A DNA stretch of 60,701 bases, taken from contig NC_068990.1 of assembly GCF_001194135.2 (NCBI RefSeq), positions 19,262,364 to 19,323,064 on the forward strand. The letters run 5' to 3'. This document shows positions 38,337-53,964 of this stretch, in pieces. The position numbers were made by a program, and so were the translations under genes. The notes under the pieces were generated by a model. The model was given only the letters and a program-made list of their open reading frames with translations, had not been told where the DNA came from and ran no database searches. Origin of the DNA: Octopus bimaculoides (taxonomy: Eukaryota). How positions within the stretch are numbered: position 1 is the stretch's first letter; each line of letters opens with the position of its first letter.

Positions 38337-38670
38337 NNNNNNNNNNNNNNNNNNNNNNNNNNNNNNNNNNNNNNNNNNNNNNNNNNNNNNNNNNNNNNNN
38401 NNNNNNNNNNNNNNNNNNNNNNNNNNNNNNNNNNNNNNNNNNNNNNNNNNNNNNNNNNNNNNNNNNNNNNNNNNNNNNNNNNNNNNNNNNNNNNNNNNNN
38501 NNNNNNNNNNNNNNNNNNNNNNNNNNNNNNNNNNNNNNNNNNNNNNNNNNNNNNNNNNNNNNNNNNNNNNNNNNNNNNNNNNNNNNNNNNNNNNNNNNNN
38601 NNNNNNNNNNNNNNNNNNNNNNNNNNNNNNNNNNNNNNNNNNNNNNNNNNNNNNNNNNNNNNNNNNNNNN
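38280..38670. repeat. (TA)n and gap 38337-38670
   Basis: directly visible. Confidence 0.95.
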
Positions 38671-38674
38671 AAAA

Positions 38675-38945
38675 TGGTTCTTCCCACGAACACAAATTAA
38701 ATTGTTTTCGTGGAGGGTAATGGCGGACGGAAAACAAGACAGGAAAACGAAACGGTGAAATAAACAAACAAAAAGGCTGTACAGCCAGACGTGAAGTGTG
38801 TATGTCTTGAACGCTGTGAAGCACGTACAGGCAAAGAAGTACATGCGAGCTTGGTGATTCCAAGAACGGAAAGAAATAGCAGCCGGACACACCTGACCAA
38901 GGCTGTATGAAGAGAAAGAGTAGCAGAGGGAAAAGGAGGGGAGGA
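38675..38945. repeat. unclassified GC-richer interspersed repeat
   Basis: composition shift bounded by a gap and (GA)n; resembles repeats recalled from octopus DNA, unverified. Confidence 0.3.
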
Positions 38946-38974
38946 AGTAGAATAAAAGTGAGCAACGAGAGGTA

Positions 38975-39135
<161 letters not shown>

Positions 39136-40005
39136 TAGTGACAGGTAGAGGCGAAGAACAGTAGAGGGAAGAATGAGAGGGGGATATATATATATATAAG
39201 CGTAAATAAATCTTTGAAATAAATAACAATAACTATTCGGTTACGTATATACATATGTCAAGGACTTGTATGCGAAAATTCGAAATACTAGTCGTTATAC
39301 TTAAATTCACACTAACTTCTTATGTGTATCTTATGACGAATACGTACGCCTAAACATATAGCATTCGTGGCGGTCAGAGCTGCAAGATTTTTCATCACAA
39401 CTTCCTTCAAATACAATTCACCGCCATAAAACAAGAAACTATCTAATAGACTTCGAATCTAGCTTATTAAACTTGCGTCTCTATAAGCAGTTTGTTGTTG
39501 GAGCACTCTGGTGTAGGAAATTAGCTAATTGCGAATCAAATTCGCGAATACGTCTTCTTGTTAAAATAATTAAATTATACGGAAAATGTTATGAGAAAAA
39601 GCATAAGTATGTAACTTCGAGTTTCAGTTATCTACATATATTTATAGAGTTATGTCTAATCGCTTTGTGTTGTATCAAATTCATACACATTCCCGACATT
39701 GAAGCTTATTTAGGTTATATGAAAGAAAATTTACACTTCACAAGTCTAGTGATTTTCACCGTTATATTTTATTCTATTCGTGAGGATCATAGCTTACTCG
39801 CTTGATCTGCTGGAAAGAACTTCTAAAAATATTCCTAAAACCATCTTTCCTTCTTAACACAGAAATGATACGCAGGATAATGAAATGCTGTGTATGAAAC
39901 TTGTGAATACTTTGTATAAAAATGTAGTCTTAGGGTAAGAAGGATTGAAATGATTTTAAAAGGAATGGATACTTATATTTGATAAAGTTTGTTCGCATAC
40001 TATAC

Positions 40006-40356
40006 AGGTGCAGGTGTTTGTGTGGTAAAAAGGTTGTTTGCCATTCACAAAATTCGGGGTTCAGTCCCACTGCGTGGCATCTTGGCTAAGTATTTTCTGC
40101 TGTGGGATCGGCTCAAATAAATCTTTGTAAGTAGATTTGGGAGATGGAACCTGAAACAATCCCGCCACTCACGAAGCACCTCATAATTTGAGTTGGTTTG
40201 TTTACGTCCTCCGTAACTTAGCGTTTCGACAAAAGTGGGCGATAGGATAAATACTAGACTTAAAACATAAAAGTACTGGGGTCGATTTATTCGTTTGAAA
40301 GACTTCGAGGCGCTGCCACTGCATGGCTGCAATGAAATGACCAAAACAAGTAAAAG
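40006..40356 (+). mobile_element. SINE family 2, near full length
   Basis: ggtgcaggtg..tgtggtaa...ggttcagtcccactgcgtggca...cgtaacttagcg...catggctgca...aaacaagtaaaag. Confidence 0.85.
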
Positions 40357-40448
40357 TATATATATATAGGTTCAAAAAAGCACAAAAAAAAACAATAACA
40401 AAAAAGACAACAAAGTGAGGACGTGATACGGATAGTGTTATTGGACGC

Positions 40449-40492
<44 letters not shown>

Positions 40493-41169
40493 AGAGAAAG
40501 AAAGAAGGCGGGGCAGAAATAGAGAGAGTGAGACAGACAGAGATACACACTTCTAGCACGTATATATATATAATGTGTGTGTATGTGTGTGCGTGTGTGC
40601 GTTCGTGTGTGTCTCACTGCGAATTTTTGTGTATGTATGTATTTTGAAATATGTATGTATTCACACGTACACTCATAGATGCTTACGTGTACGTATGTGG
40701 GTGCGTATGTGTATGTATTACTAGAGATTGCACATCAATATTTCGAGTGTCAAGATAACACATGAACTTGTATGTCACCACTACATAATAAATTTGGAAT
40801 CGAACCAATGGTCCACCAACTCTGCAAGAGCATCCTTTATGAAGGAAATTAATAAATGAGTAGTGCAGTAGACAGCCAGACAGAATCGCAAACACGCATA
40901 CACACACACAAGCACACACATACACGTACGAACACACACACACACACACATGTACATATGTACCCTTCACAGACATTTCTTTTGTGATAATGAGAGAAAA
41001 TGTCCTCTGTGGGCCTTTCTGCTGAAATATTATAACACTTCTCAAATGTCAAATAATTATCTTTTGTAAGAATTTTTTTTCAAAAATGCTTTTTACTTCT
41101 GCTAAGAGGTATTAATTGTTAATCGAACGCCATATAATGCAGAGATAAACAGCCTTACATATTTAATTA

Positions 41170-41187
41170 CTGCGAAATAAGTGATAT

Positions 41188-41251
<64 letters not shown>

Positions 41252-41298
41252 ATATACACACACATACATGTACACACACAGACACACATATATATATA
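41170..41298. repeat. (TA)n(CA)n microsatellite
   Basis: directly visible. Confidence 0.95.
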
Positions 41299-42404
41299 CA
41301 TATCGAATGGTGATTTGGTAATTTATAAGGATATTTCAAGTGAACATAGCTCTTTTGATGGGCGTTTCCATTTTATTACATAAAATATGTTGTTATTGTT
41401 TTATTTTTGTTGATATTTTCCCTCCGATGCAGTAACGAGGAAATGATTTAAGCCATATACAGAAAGGCAGCCGTTCAGTACAACAGTTGTATTGAACTGA
41501 TGGTTTTTCGTGCACTAATCGATAACTGATAAAGAAAAATCGAACTGTAACATATAAAGCCTTGAGGAAATCGGAGAATATATACCTTGATGATGTTCCT
41601 GTATTAAAGAAGCGCTCGTTAAACCCTTTCTATCCTGGAGATTGCTTTTATTTGTGTAGTTATGTAAATACATCAGTTAAATACTAAAATATACCTTAGT
41701 TGATAAATATTACAGCATACCGTGTTTATTAGGACAGCTGACAGATGAAATCAATGTGCCAATGGAAATAAACTGTGCGTTATAAGTATTGCAAAAACCC
41801 ATGGGAAAATTGTACTACCGAGCAACAAAGCAATAAAAATATATTTCTTGTCACAGCAGCTGTTCAGATGATAAAAGAAGAGGAACGTTGCAATTGATTT
41901 GTGAATCCCATCAGAAACAAACCCATTACTGAAACACAAGTCTATTATGTTGTATTTTGTTTGTATTCTTTGTGTTGATGTTCAATGGATAATTGAATAG
42001 TTCTTGAAAATCTGTTTCTTAAGAATTCTTTTTAATAACACAAACTTTACGATGAGCTTCATACAATCGTGTCCAGGATGTTTAATGTCAATGCCAAGTG
42101 TGGATAAGTCTGATTCTTTGAAAGGAACGTTGGTAAGTGTTATTTTTTGTTCTGAACAACGTACACTTTCTCTAATACTTCAAATCATAATGATTATGTT
42201 GTCAACTTTAGAGATGATCTTGATGTAGATATTCGCGTTCTTCTCACAGATGTTCTTCAATCTCTTTATGTAGTTCATAATTTAATACATTAGATCTATT
42301 TAAAACATGCTTCGATTATCACGTTGATTCTAATTTTCAAATTCACATTTCCCAGAATTGTATTCATAACATACACATGCATAAATAAGATAAACTTTTA
42401 AATA

Positions 42405-42470
42405 CTATCGAACACAGACGTTCGAATGGAGACGCTCGAACACAGACACTCGAATACAGACGCTCGAACA
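42405..42470. repeat. 14-bp minisatellite (tcgaacacagacgc), about 4.5 units
   Basis: directly visible. Confidence 0.85.
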
Positions 42471-42904
42471 TACCATCATTCGCAAATACAGATATTTTTA
42501 TTCCCAACATAATTTTTAGAAGAAATAATTGCCCTAATTTTATTTGCATATTTTGTATCGTATATTTATAGCCTACGTATTTTGTTTTCTATTGTAATTT
42601 CTATATTTCCTTAGAAATAGTCAGATGCTAAAATAGTGACGTATCTATTATGATATGACCATATCCTATGTATGTGCATGGATGTTTTTGCATGCACTTT
42701 TGTTTCCTGTATTTCAATTGAGGATCTTCCAGTTTTAAAGTTTCCGGTTCAGTCTTTTGTTTGCATGAAGGTAACATGGGGCACGGTACTATGTCGTCTG
42801 CAGTTATATCTATAACACTGGTTCTCACGTTTTTTCAGAGAATCTCCTAATGTCTACTAGGCAGCTAACGAAATATGTTTGTACATACATATGTATGTTT
42901 GTGT

Positions 42905-43286
42905 GGAGGCGCAATGGCCCAGTGGTTAGGGCAGCGGACTCGCGGTCGTAGGATCACGGTTTCGATTCCCAGACCGGGCGTTGTGAGTGCTTATTGAGCG
43001 AAAACACCTAAAGTTCCACGAGGCTCCGGCAGGGGATGGTGGCGAACGCTGTTGTACTCTTTCACCACAACTTTCTCTCACTCTTTCTTCCTGTTTCTGT
43101 TGTAGCTGTATTTTCAAAGGGTCAGCCTTGTCATACTCTGTCACGATGAATCTCCTCGAGAACTACGTTAAGGGGACACGTGTCTGTCGGGTGCTCAGCC
43201 ACAGGTTAATTTCACGATCAGGCTGTTCTGTCGATAGGATCAACTGGAATCCTCGTCGTCGTAACCGACGGAGTGCCAGCTACAAC
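42905..43286 (+). mobile_element. well-preserved tRNA-derived SINE (family 3)
   Basis: A box tggcccagtggtt, B box gtttcgattcc, ~380 bp, imperfect flanking repeat atgtatgtttgt/atgtatatttgt. Confidence 0.85.
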
Positions 43287-44167
43287 ATGTATATTTGTAT
43301 GTATGCTTCTGTATTCACAACTTTGAAATAGTACGACGTTTTTAAGTTTAAAGTTTCCAAAAGAATACATTGCTTTCATGTAGTGCATTGAAAGCAAGAT
43401 ATCTCTGTCCGCACCAACTCTAATTACAGGCGATTTTCAGACGCTACCAAACGATATTCCCAAATCAGTTAGGCAACTAATAAAATACACAAGACCTCTG
43501 CTTATGATTTAAAGTTTACAAACAGAAATATGGTCTATTGCCTTTGTTTAATCTTATGACGTGTTTTAGCAATCATTTATGATGAAATGATAAAGACGTC
43601 GCGTAGCATCTATCGTTTCAAATCATGCAATTTTAAAAATTATATTTCATGTCTAATGGTTGAATCAATTATGATCGTACGGAACAAAACCAAATATTCT
43701 TTCACATCTAATTATGAACTTTGTTATTCATTCTCTCTCCATGTCTGTTTGTTTCTCTACTTTACTTATTCTTTCTAATAGGCAAAGTCCTTCTTTATTT
43801 CCTCACTTTAGGAGAGGTAGCAGCCTGCCACATAAAAATTATTGAATTGCAATCCCTAGTCCTTTACTCGGTAGAGTAATATATTTCCCATGAAACACAT
43901 GTCTGTACACAGGCATAGGATCAAGAAAATGCATGGAACAATTTTTAAGAGGACCAAGAGATCTGTGTTCAATTAAGCGAATGGTTGATTCTTTCAATAT
44001 TGGTGATTAATTGCCGGTGATTATATGACAATTACAAGAGTCTAATATAAAATATAAGAATAATTGCAAATAACTTATGAATATGATATTGACGTTTACG
44101 TATTCTTTTCATTCAATAACTACAGATTCAATCATATCCCAAGCAATTTTGAATTATACCCAAATAA

Positions 44168-44169
<2 letters not shown>

Positions 44170-44203
<34 letters not shown>

Positions 44204-44409
44204 NNNNNNNNNNNNNNNNNNNNNNNNNNNNNNNNNNNNNNNNNNNNNNNNNNNNNNNNNNNNNNNNNNNNNNNNNNNNNNNNNNNNNNNNNNNNNNNNN
44301 NNNNNNNNNNNNNNNNNNNNNNNNNNNNNNNNNNNNNNNNNNNNNNNNNNNNNNNNNNNNNNNNNNNNNNNNNNNNNNNNNNNNNNNNNNNNNNNNNNNN
44401 NNNNNNNNN

Positions 44410-44457
<48 letters not shown>

Positions 44458-44460
44458 TAT
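44170..44460. repeat. (TA)n flanking gap 44204-44409
   Basis: directly visible. Confidence 0.95.
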
Positions 44461-44834
44461 ATATGCATACTATCTAATATATATATATTATTTTGGGTGA
44501 AATATTCTAGAGCTTTAATGAGTCTCATTAAACTAAATATGGAACGTTATCCATTCTCTACTAGTGAATAGATCTGAAGGTTGTTCTCAGCGTGTACATT
44601 TTAAGAGAAAATATGCTGTTAACGGATAAAAATAAATCGTGTCCAAAATAAATAAGGTGAATAATTAATTATTACGTTTCATTCTGGTATATTCCATTGA
44701 ATTACATGCCATGAAAAACTAATAAAGAAAGGGGATGTAACATGCAGAATGAATATTGTGCACATAACTATTATCCCTATGGAACCACTATACAAAACAA
44801 ACTCGCGTTTAAATCCCAATTCATGCATGTATAT

Positions 44835-44940
<106 letters not shown>

Positions 44941-45949
44941 ACTTTTATATACATGTCGTTACACATAGATAAACTTGTGTGCATACGTATAAATATATTT
45001 GCTTATATAATTATATGTGTATATGTTTGCATGTGTGCATGTAATTGTGCACGTCCAAATATGTGTGTGTTTACGTGTTGTGTATTTGTTGTGTTTTTTT
45101 GTTTATTTGTACGTATTTATAGAAAATGTTTCGGTGATTTTTAATAGAAACATTTTGTTAAGAGATGATTAACTCACGTTTAACAGATGCATCGAATCTT
45201 TACAAAACTTAGATCGTAGATGATAATATATGGTTAAGAATTGTAAACACGCAAAGACCAATAAAAAGGGAATTAGTAATTTAAAATATTTTCAATCCTT
45301 GAGTATCTAACGAAAAAATTCCTTGTAAATATTTATTACAGCTTAGCTTTTACAAATATAGACGTTAAAGTTACCCAATGTCCCACAAAATATTTCATGA
45401 TACAAAGCCGCCAAACTCATTCATTTTCATACCACGTATTCATATGAAATTTGTTAACTAGGAGCAATAAATTAACGTTCTAAATTATTTCTATGCCTTC
45501 TCACCGTGGTTGTAATCCCCAAATACTATAAAATATTATTATTCTCGTTAAGATATAGATTTGCAGATTTCCTACAGACACACAGACACACAATCGTGAC
45601 AGGACACGTATAATTATAAAAAATATTATGCACTAACAATCACAGAAATATCCAAACTCTCACAATTCTGTTTTTTTTCCAATGATTTATTTTCAATTGA
45701 AAAGATTTCCCATAGAGCTTTTTCTGAACAATTCATTTACAATGCTGGGGCTACTCTAGACTATGGGTAACAACACTTGTACAGCATACTCTACCAGAGA
45801 GAGTAAATATATATACCTACATATAAACACCCTCACTCACCATGCGCATATATAGCACACATTCGCATATATTAATAATTCTTTTCTAAAAAATTATCTC
45901 AAAGTACGTTTATAGTGCCATAAATAATGGTTTTAAATATTATCCAGCA

Positions 45950-46135
45950 AGTTCGAGGGAGAGGGTAAGCCATGATATCGACTCCAGTGGTCACCTGGTA
46001 CTTATTTCATCAACTCCGAAAAAATGAAACACAAAGTTAACCCCAGGGAAATGTGAACTCAGAATGTTTAGATGGACGAAATGCCGCTAAGCATTTTCCT
46101 CGGCGTGCTAGCGATTCTGCCGGCTCACCGCCTTA
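45950..46135 (-). mobile_element. SINE family 1
   Basis: ctggtacttatttcatcaactccgaaa...gaactcagaatg...ttctgccggctcaccgcc. Confidence 0.85.
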
Positions 46136-46194
46136 ATATTTAGAGCTATAATTAACAACATATAAATACTACACTAAAAAAGACTTTTGGAGAA

Positions 46195-46280
46195 AAAGAG
46201 ACACGAGGGCTACACTTGGAAATCGAACCCACATCTCTTGTTGACGTGACAGGCGTTCTGCTATCACATCCACATAGATA
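46195..46280 (-). mobile_element. tRNA-like SINE head fragment
   Basis: minus strand gatgtgggttcgatttcc, similar to the head at 19480-19550. Confidence 0.45.
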
Positions 46281-46409
46281 GAAAGAGAATATGAAACAGT
46301 TCAGAATATTGCACATAGCATTATGTATGTTATGTCATGTGAATATTCCAATTCATTATCTAGTCTGTTGAATGAATTGAATGAATTGCATTTTAAAGAG
46401 GAATTCTAC

Positions 46410-46684
46410 ATAGGATATATATATATATATATATACATATATACGTACATACATATATATACACATATATATATACACACATATATATACATACACATAT
46501 ATATATATACACATTTTGCATATATTTATATTTATATATATATATATATATATNNNNNNNNNNNNNNNNNNNNNNNNNNNNNNNNNNNNNNNNNNNNNNN
46601 NNNNNNNNNNNNNNNNNNNNNNNNNNNNNNNNNNNNNNNNNNNNNNNNNNNNNNNNNNNNNNNNNNNNNNNNNNNNNNNNNNNN
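46410..46684. repeat. (TA)/(CA) microsatellite and gap 46554-46684
   Basis: directly visible. Confidence 0.95.
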
Positions 46685-47791
46685 TATATCTACGCAACAC
46701 TTTTGGACCTCAGGCTAAAATTGATGATACTTTTGTGAATTCATGTACGAAGAATTATATCATTGATATAAGTGTGATGAAAAAAAAACGCTAGTTATAC
46801 AAATACAAACTTTACTGCATATCAGCCATTTCTTTTTCTAAATTTTACATTCGTTTCAATATTAAATCAAAGCTCGAATTATAGAATAAATAATAAGGAA
46901 AACTAATGAAATCTAGTAATATTACATCTAGTTCTGTTATTGCCTACGGTTAAATAAATTACACAATGCTCCACTCCATATGTTATGCTAGAAATCATAA
47001 TGACAGTAAACGTTTGTTTATATACATCGTTACGGCCACAAGTATCTGCCCTTTCATTGCCAACTCTTTCAGCCATAAATTTAACCTACTTTATATATTT
47101 AAAATATTTGTTGGAATATGTTCTTTATTGTAAATATTTGTTAACGCTAGTTGTAATTTCGTAGAAGTTGCGATTAAATATGTTTGTATTTAGTTTCGTC
47201 TTTCAACAGCAGATGCAGTAACACTCCTGCTTTCAGTTTTCCTGTTATCTCAACAAGGTTGATGAAAAGCCTACCAAGCGCATATGTCGTTTGATAGATT
47301 ATATAACAAGAGTAATCGCAACCGAATGTTGGAAATTAATAATTTAATCAAATACAGCGTAACTGAATTAGTGAATTTGCATGATATATGATGCAATTAT
47401 ATATATATTGTTGAATACACTAGGTCAGTTTCTTTGTTAGGACGACAAATAGAGTCATTTCTTCATTTCTCAACATTGAATTTAGAATAGAGAAACTTTG
47501 AGAATATATAAAGAATATAATAAATATCCATGTGTTAGCTACAAGAATCGAAAAAGCTGTGTTCTCATTGGTGGATACTTGAAATTTAATCATTTTCGAT
47601 AAGAAGACAAAAGTTTGAGATGAGTTTGAGACAAGTAAGGAGCAAGATTAAGTAAGACATATATGAATGGTTAGTTGGCTTTCGTAACTCACAATAATTT
47701 GTTAACAGTGATTTGTAAAATATTGCTAGTGAAGATGGCTACCTAAGAATTAAATATAATGGCCTTGACATATTAGATTTTCTTTTGCCTG

Positions 47792-47834
<43 letters not shown>

Positions 47835-47893
47835 TATATATGTTTCTGTGTGCGTGCGCGTATGTGTGATTATACATGCATACACACACACAC

Positions 47894-47934
<41 letters not shown>

Positions 47935-48101
47935 GATAGATAGATATATAGATGTGAAAGGATGAACTTTAATCTGTCTGAATCATTATATACACAGATA
48001 AGTATATATACACGCCCATATACGTGTTACAAACAAAACAAATACACACACATGTATAATATACACAGACCCATGTGTGCGCATATATATANNNNNNNNN
48101 N

Positions 48102-48139
<38 letters not shown>

Positions 48140-48799
48140 TTGTGTGTGTGTTCCTATCCTGTGAATATGTAGATACATAATACTCGTAAAGAAAGGAGGA
48201 GAGACAAACGGGCTGATATAATTTTACATCATAGAAGACTAAAGTGATGAAATTTGATGAGAAAGAAACGCTATCATTAATAATGGCCTTAATGGTGTAG
48301 AGTTTGATCCGCACATAACATTTAATGATGTGAAAGCAAGAAGTTTACATTCGAGGAAACATTTTTATAGCTATATTCACCATAATTGAAGATATATCGG
48401 AGCATTTAACGTTAACTTGGACACTGTTTATTTCTTACGTAACTATAACATTAATTTTCACGGAAAAGGACTCAGATATCGCTGAAATTACGTCAGTGTA
48501 TAAGTTCTCTTTAAATCAAAACTTCAATGTCATAGAAAGTCTGCACAAGCGAGATGTGAGATCATAACCCAGAATATATTCAATTATACTATGTCCCTTC
48601 CACTGAGTTATCCTTATATATATGTATAGTGTGTGATGTATTTTCAGAAGTAATTTTTCATATGCCCCCAAACGTGTTTAAGTGTATGTGTAGGTGTGTA
48701 CACATATACACAAATGTGTAGCATATGTGTGTTTCTCAGTCTGCTTACTGGTTTAAATTGTGCTCCATAAGTTCACGATAGATTACCTACTTCTAAACG

Positions 48800-49300
48800 A
48801 TGAACATTGCTGCATTGGAACCCAATTTCGGTGCAATGTGGCTATTCACGCAACTTAGGAGTGTTTTATACGTTGAAACAAACATTGATCGTTTGTTGTG
48901 TCTCTTCATAAATACCAGATAACCTCATTGGCCATTCGGCGTATAGATGTGATGGATTTGAAATATATCATGTTTCATAGTAAACATCCCCTGTTATTCT
49001 TAATATCTTATGATTTTGTTTCAAACCAGGTCTTCCCTGTATTAACAATACCAACATCTACAAAATGTCAACATTCTTTCTTAGAGTATCATAATCACTT
49101 TCCTATGGCACAACAGGGTGGGTGGGGGTAGTTATGCTGAAAGCCAGGTGGAGATGATGGCCAGTAATTTGAGCACCACTATTGAGCCACAAATATTAGC
49201 TGGTTACGGTTCAGAGTTGAATTGTCTCATGATGCTCGGATACCGCCTGGAAGCATCGGCGGCATTCACCAAATATGAATAAATTCGAAGCAATCTTTCT
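48800..49300 (-). mobile_element. possible decayed LINE endonuclease-region remnant
   Basis: DVGIVNTGKTWF resembles the DIxxITETW motif of APE domains; heavily degenerate. Confidence 0.3.
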
Positions 49301-50071
49301 CTATTTATTATAAATATCATTGCGGTTGATGGGTGATTTGGCTGCTATTTCCATTATTTCAAATGACTACGTATATGCTTCCTGTTTGACATGTCACGTT
49401 AGCTGTTTGTATTTATTAATTTACACAACTAGACGTGGTATGAAATTATTTTCTAAACGTTCCTTTATTGCTCGTGGTGGGGAGAGAGCTGTTATTTTCA
49501 CTTTGTACGCATGCAGCAGCAAAGACTATATACACCACACTCATTACTTGGTAAACATTTACCTGGTAATTGTTATAAACATTGCCAATTGTAACTTTAA
49601 AACATTTCATTGTTTTGGCGTTCTTGAAGTATTCTTGAAGTATTACATATATCTAAGTAATGATGTGGTATCCATTCATCTTTTTGTGAATAAAGGCTTT
49701 TGCAAACTGTATTTCTAGATCAAAAGTGATACCTTTCTATTCCAGCTCTCAACATGATTTCAGCACGATGCACTAAAGCTTTTGTATAGAAGTTTACATT
49801 TGCAAGTTAATAATAGGGTACGTTAAAACTGTATTAGATTAGCATCGCTTCAGCCAGTTAGGTGCAGATCAGTGTATTGGTCATTCTGTTGCATTTTCTA
49901 CCTACGAGATGCAAAATAGTGGAGTTTTGAAGTTACTTTGTTTACAGAGATTGTCATAGTTATAGAGAGTAAGAGCAGTTCGTGGCTAAATAATGCACGC
50001 TAATGTCATAATATTATAATATACTCGCTTGTATGAATGTTTGCGTGCATATATGTATGTATGTGTGTCTG

Positions 50072-50074
<3 letters not shown>

Positions 50075-50124
<50 letters not shown>

Positions 50125-50162
50125 NNNNNNNNNNNNNNNNNNNNNNNNNNNNNNNNNNNNNN

Positions 50163-50210
<48 letters not shown>
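50075..50210. repeat. (CT)n, gap 50125-50162, (TA)n
   Basis: directly visible. Confidence 0.95.
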
Positions 50211-50214
<4 letters not shown>

Positions 50215-50636
50215 GATATTTACACGTACATCGGAGAAAGTACGAGTAAATATCACGTGCTATATATTGTTTTCTGCTTCAGGGAAGGTCGTTATGGCCA
50301 GTAGAGAAGTCATTATGTAAATTAATCAGGGGTTTTGAAGTCAGCTCACATCTGGCGTTACGAAAACAATTCCTGCACTCAATTGCAGGTGTCCTAATGC
50401 ACAGATACTCTCTTTTCTTTGACATTTCTGCGATAAGCTTGTCTTTGTTTGAATTTTCTGCTTTGCAATCCAATTCCGAAAATGTATCCTTGTATTTTTC
50501 AGTGGAACTAATCTATGCTTCTTTCTGTCACATTATATACATATGTGTATTCAAGCATACACAGACCCAAACACACATATGCACACAAACGCACAAATAA
50601 CACACATTCGCGCACACACATATATGTGTGTATGTA

Positions 50637-50687
<51 letters not shown>

Positions 50688-50692
50688 GCAGC

Positions 50693-51570
<878 letters not shown>

Positions 51571-52275
51571 TATATGTTCGTAAAGCCCTTCTTACTCTTG
51601 AGTCTGGGCTTTCATATCAATCTTTGCATGTTGTTACACAACTCGAAACATTACATGAAAATTTTGTATACACTATTGAGTGAATATAGTACTCAGTGAA
51701 GAAAAGTGTATTGTATTGAAGCTGAAGTTTCTCCACTCTACGGAAGAGTGATTGCAGTTAGCAAGTTTATGGGTTGATGAAATATCAAACTCTAGAATGT
51801 TGTATTATTTTATGTTAGCAGCATTCCGATATGCTCATATCCGACGGAAATTCTGCTACTGATCTTTGTACATGTATACTGTCATTGCTGATCAGCAGAT
51901 CAAACATGATGCAAGTCATGGAATCAAAGACATTCTAGTAATCAACATCCAGTTTTTTTTAGAAACTGCCTATCAATTTCTCCATTAGCCAATGCGTTAT
52001 ACTCTCTTTAACATTGTAGAAGAAATTTTTTCATGCATGTATGTGTGTTATTTCTGATACATCCTCCAACTTCTTAAACACGCGTATATTAGGGTTCTGA
52101 AAACGTTCAAAGAAGTTAATGAATACCACGTGACAGTTACGTTTATAAAGACTCCTCATGCTTAAGTAAAACCAGATCTAGTTTAACTCAGCCGAACAAT
52201 CGATAGACTTTGATGAAAATAAGTGAATGAATGCCTTAAACGCTTGTAGGCACACCAATTATAAAAGCCATTATG

Positions 52276-52311
<36 letters not shown>

Positions 52312-52439
52312 TTATATATATATATATATCCATGTATACATAAAAAAATAAGCAAGCACGTACATATATGTATACATGTAGATATATATGTATACATAAA
52401 TAAAATATGTATATATGTGGATATATCATGACACCTAAT

Positions 52440-52620
52440 CTCTTACTTGTTTTAGTCACTGGGCAGCGCCCAAGCTAGGGCAACGCCTTGAAGGGTTTCG
52501 TCGAACATATCGGCCCCGTAGATATATTCTTATACAAATCGGCAAGCAAGTTTTTACGTTAGATAAAAGGAGTACCAGATGAGCACTGGAGTCGATATAA
52601 TCGACCTAACCACTTCCCCG
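52440..52620. mobile_element. SINE fragments: family 2 tail (minus, 52440-52510) and family 1 tail (plus, 52560-52620)
   Basis: cttacttgttttagtca..gcaacgccttgaaggg; agtaccagatgagcactggagtcgatataatcgac. Confidence 0.6.
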
Positions 52621-53964
52621 ATATATGTATATGTATATATGCACAGACATATACATTCATTTGTTTCTTTCGGAATGCGGATATTCATTTTAGTGAACTG
52701 TCTGTATTTGTTTGCAAGTGTTTGTACTAGGAACATCATATTCGCGTGAGGCTATCATTACTTTACCAATAAGCAAATAGGTTTTTCAGCCCGGATCACT
52801 TTGACATTTCATTAACACTAATTCTTTCATTGTTCATCTAAGGAAATTTCGTAAGGGCTGAACTTATTAAAGTCACCTTCAACATTTACATGCATACAAC
52901 CAAATGTTTCGCTTTTGCATGCAAAGCGATTGCTTGGATAACCCTGGAAGGAGAAACTTGACATTTATTTGATCAACAAATATCATAATGAAATACGCCT
53001 TCAATCCACCAAATCATAATGTAGACACTTGTATTCCACAAAGGAACATAAATATTACGTTGTGCAACCATTTCAAACAATTATTTTCATCAAAATGAAA
53101 CACATTTTACTAATGGATATTGGTAAATATCTACAAATTTGTAACCTACCAAATGATTTTAATGATAAAAATCACGGTTGTTTTACGTCATTAAGTCAAC
53201 AGAGAATTTACTTTCATCCATATTCATGTTTTCTTACAATCCTAGGCTTTCAGACTAATTGATCGACATCTGACCGGCAGGTTTGTCGAAATAAAGAACG
53301 TTTTAGAAAGGAAATCATAAAATCATTTGCAATATGTTTGCTATTGCAAAATATCGCATGTCATTCGTATTAACTCATAAAAAATTTGTGTAAGTATCCA
53401 AAGGGTTATGATGGAACAATGAAGTGACTATGCCTGTTTGCATAAAAGAAAAAAAAACAACTTCAACAGTCCACCTACTTCTACATTGTCCATTGTCGTG
53501 ATGTGTCTCAAAGTTTAAAGATGTAAATATAAGCGTTGTACCGGAAGTAATTCAAACTGCGCGAAACTATTTTATTAATTGAAATTGGTAGTCCAAATTG
53601 AAGATGTTGTTTAGAGAAAGTGTTCGTCTTCAGTAACTTCTATTTGTGATCTTATTCATTTCATGCAAATAATGGCCTCCAAGTAGTAGCCATATATATA
53701 TATATATATATATATGTATGCATGTATATATATATGTATGTATGTATATACACACAGTGTGCGATGGGTAAATTGTCGCCATTTTATATTTTTCCTTTCC
53801 AGCAAGCGCTTTGTTTTCGATATTGTCGACTGCGCAGTGTAGTAGGCTCCATTGGGCACCGTTTGGGAGAAAAAACAGTACCATGATGCAGTACAGCATG
53901 TTGTTCGGGAAACAACATGCTGTGCTGTTTGATATTCGTGCGGGAAGCTCCAATATAAACAATT

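Noticed and set aside
42405-42470. CRISPR-like or coding repeat
   Set aside because: Contiguous 14-bp units with no spacers; ordinary minisatellite
42905-42980. tRNA gene
   Set aside because: No closed acceptor stem and it continues into a SINE body
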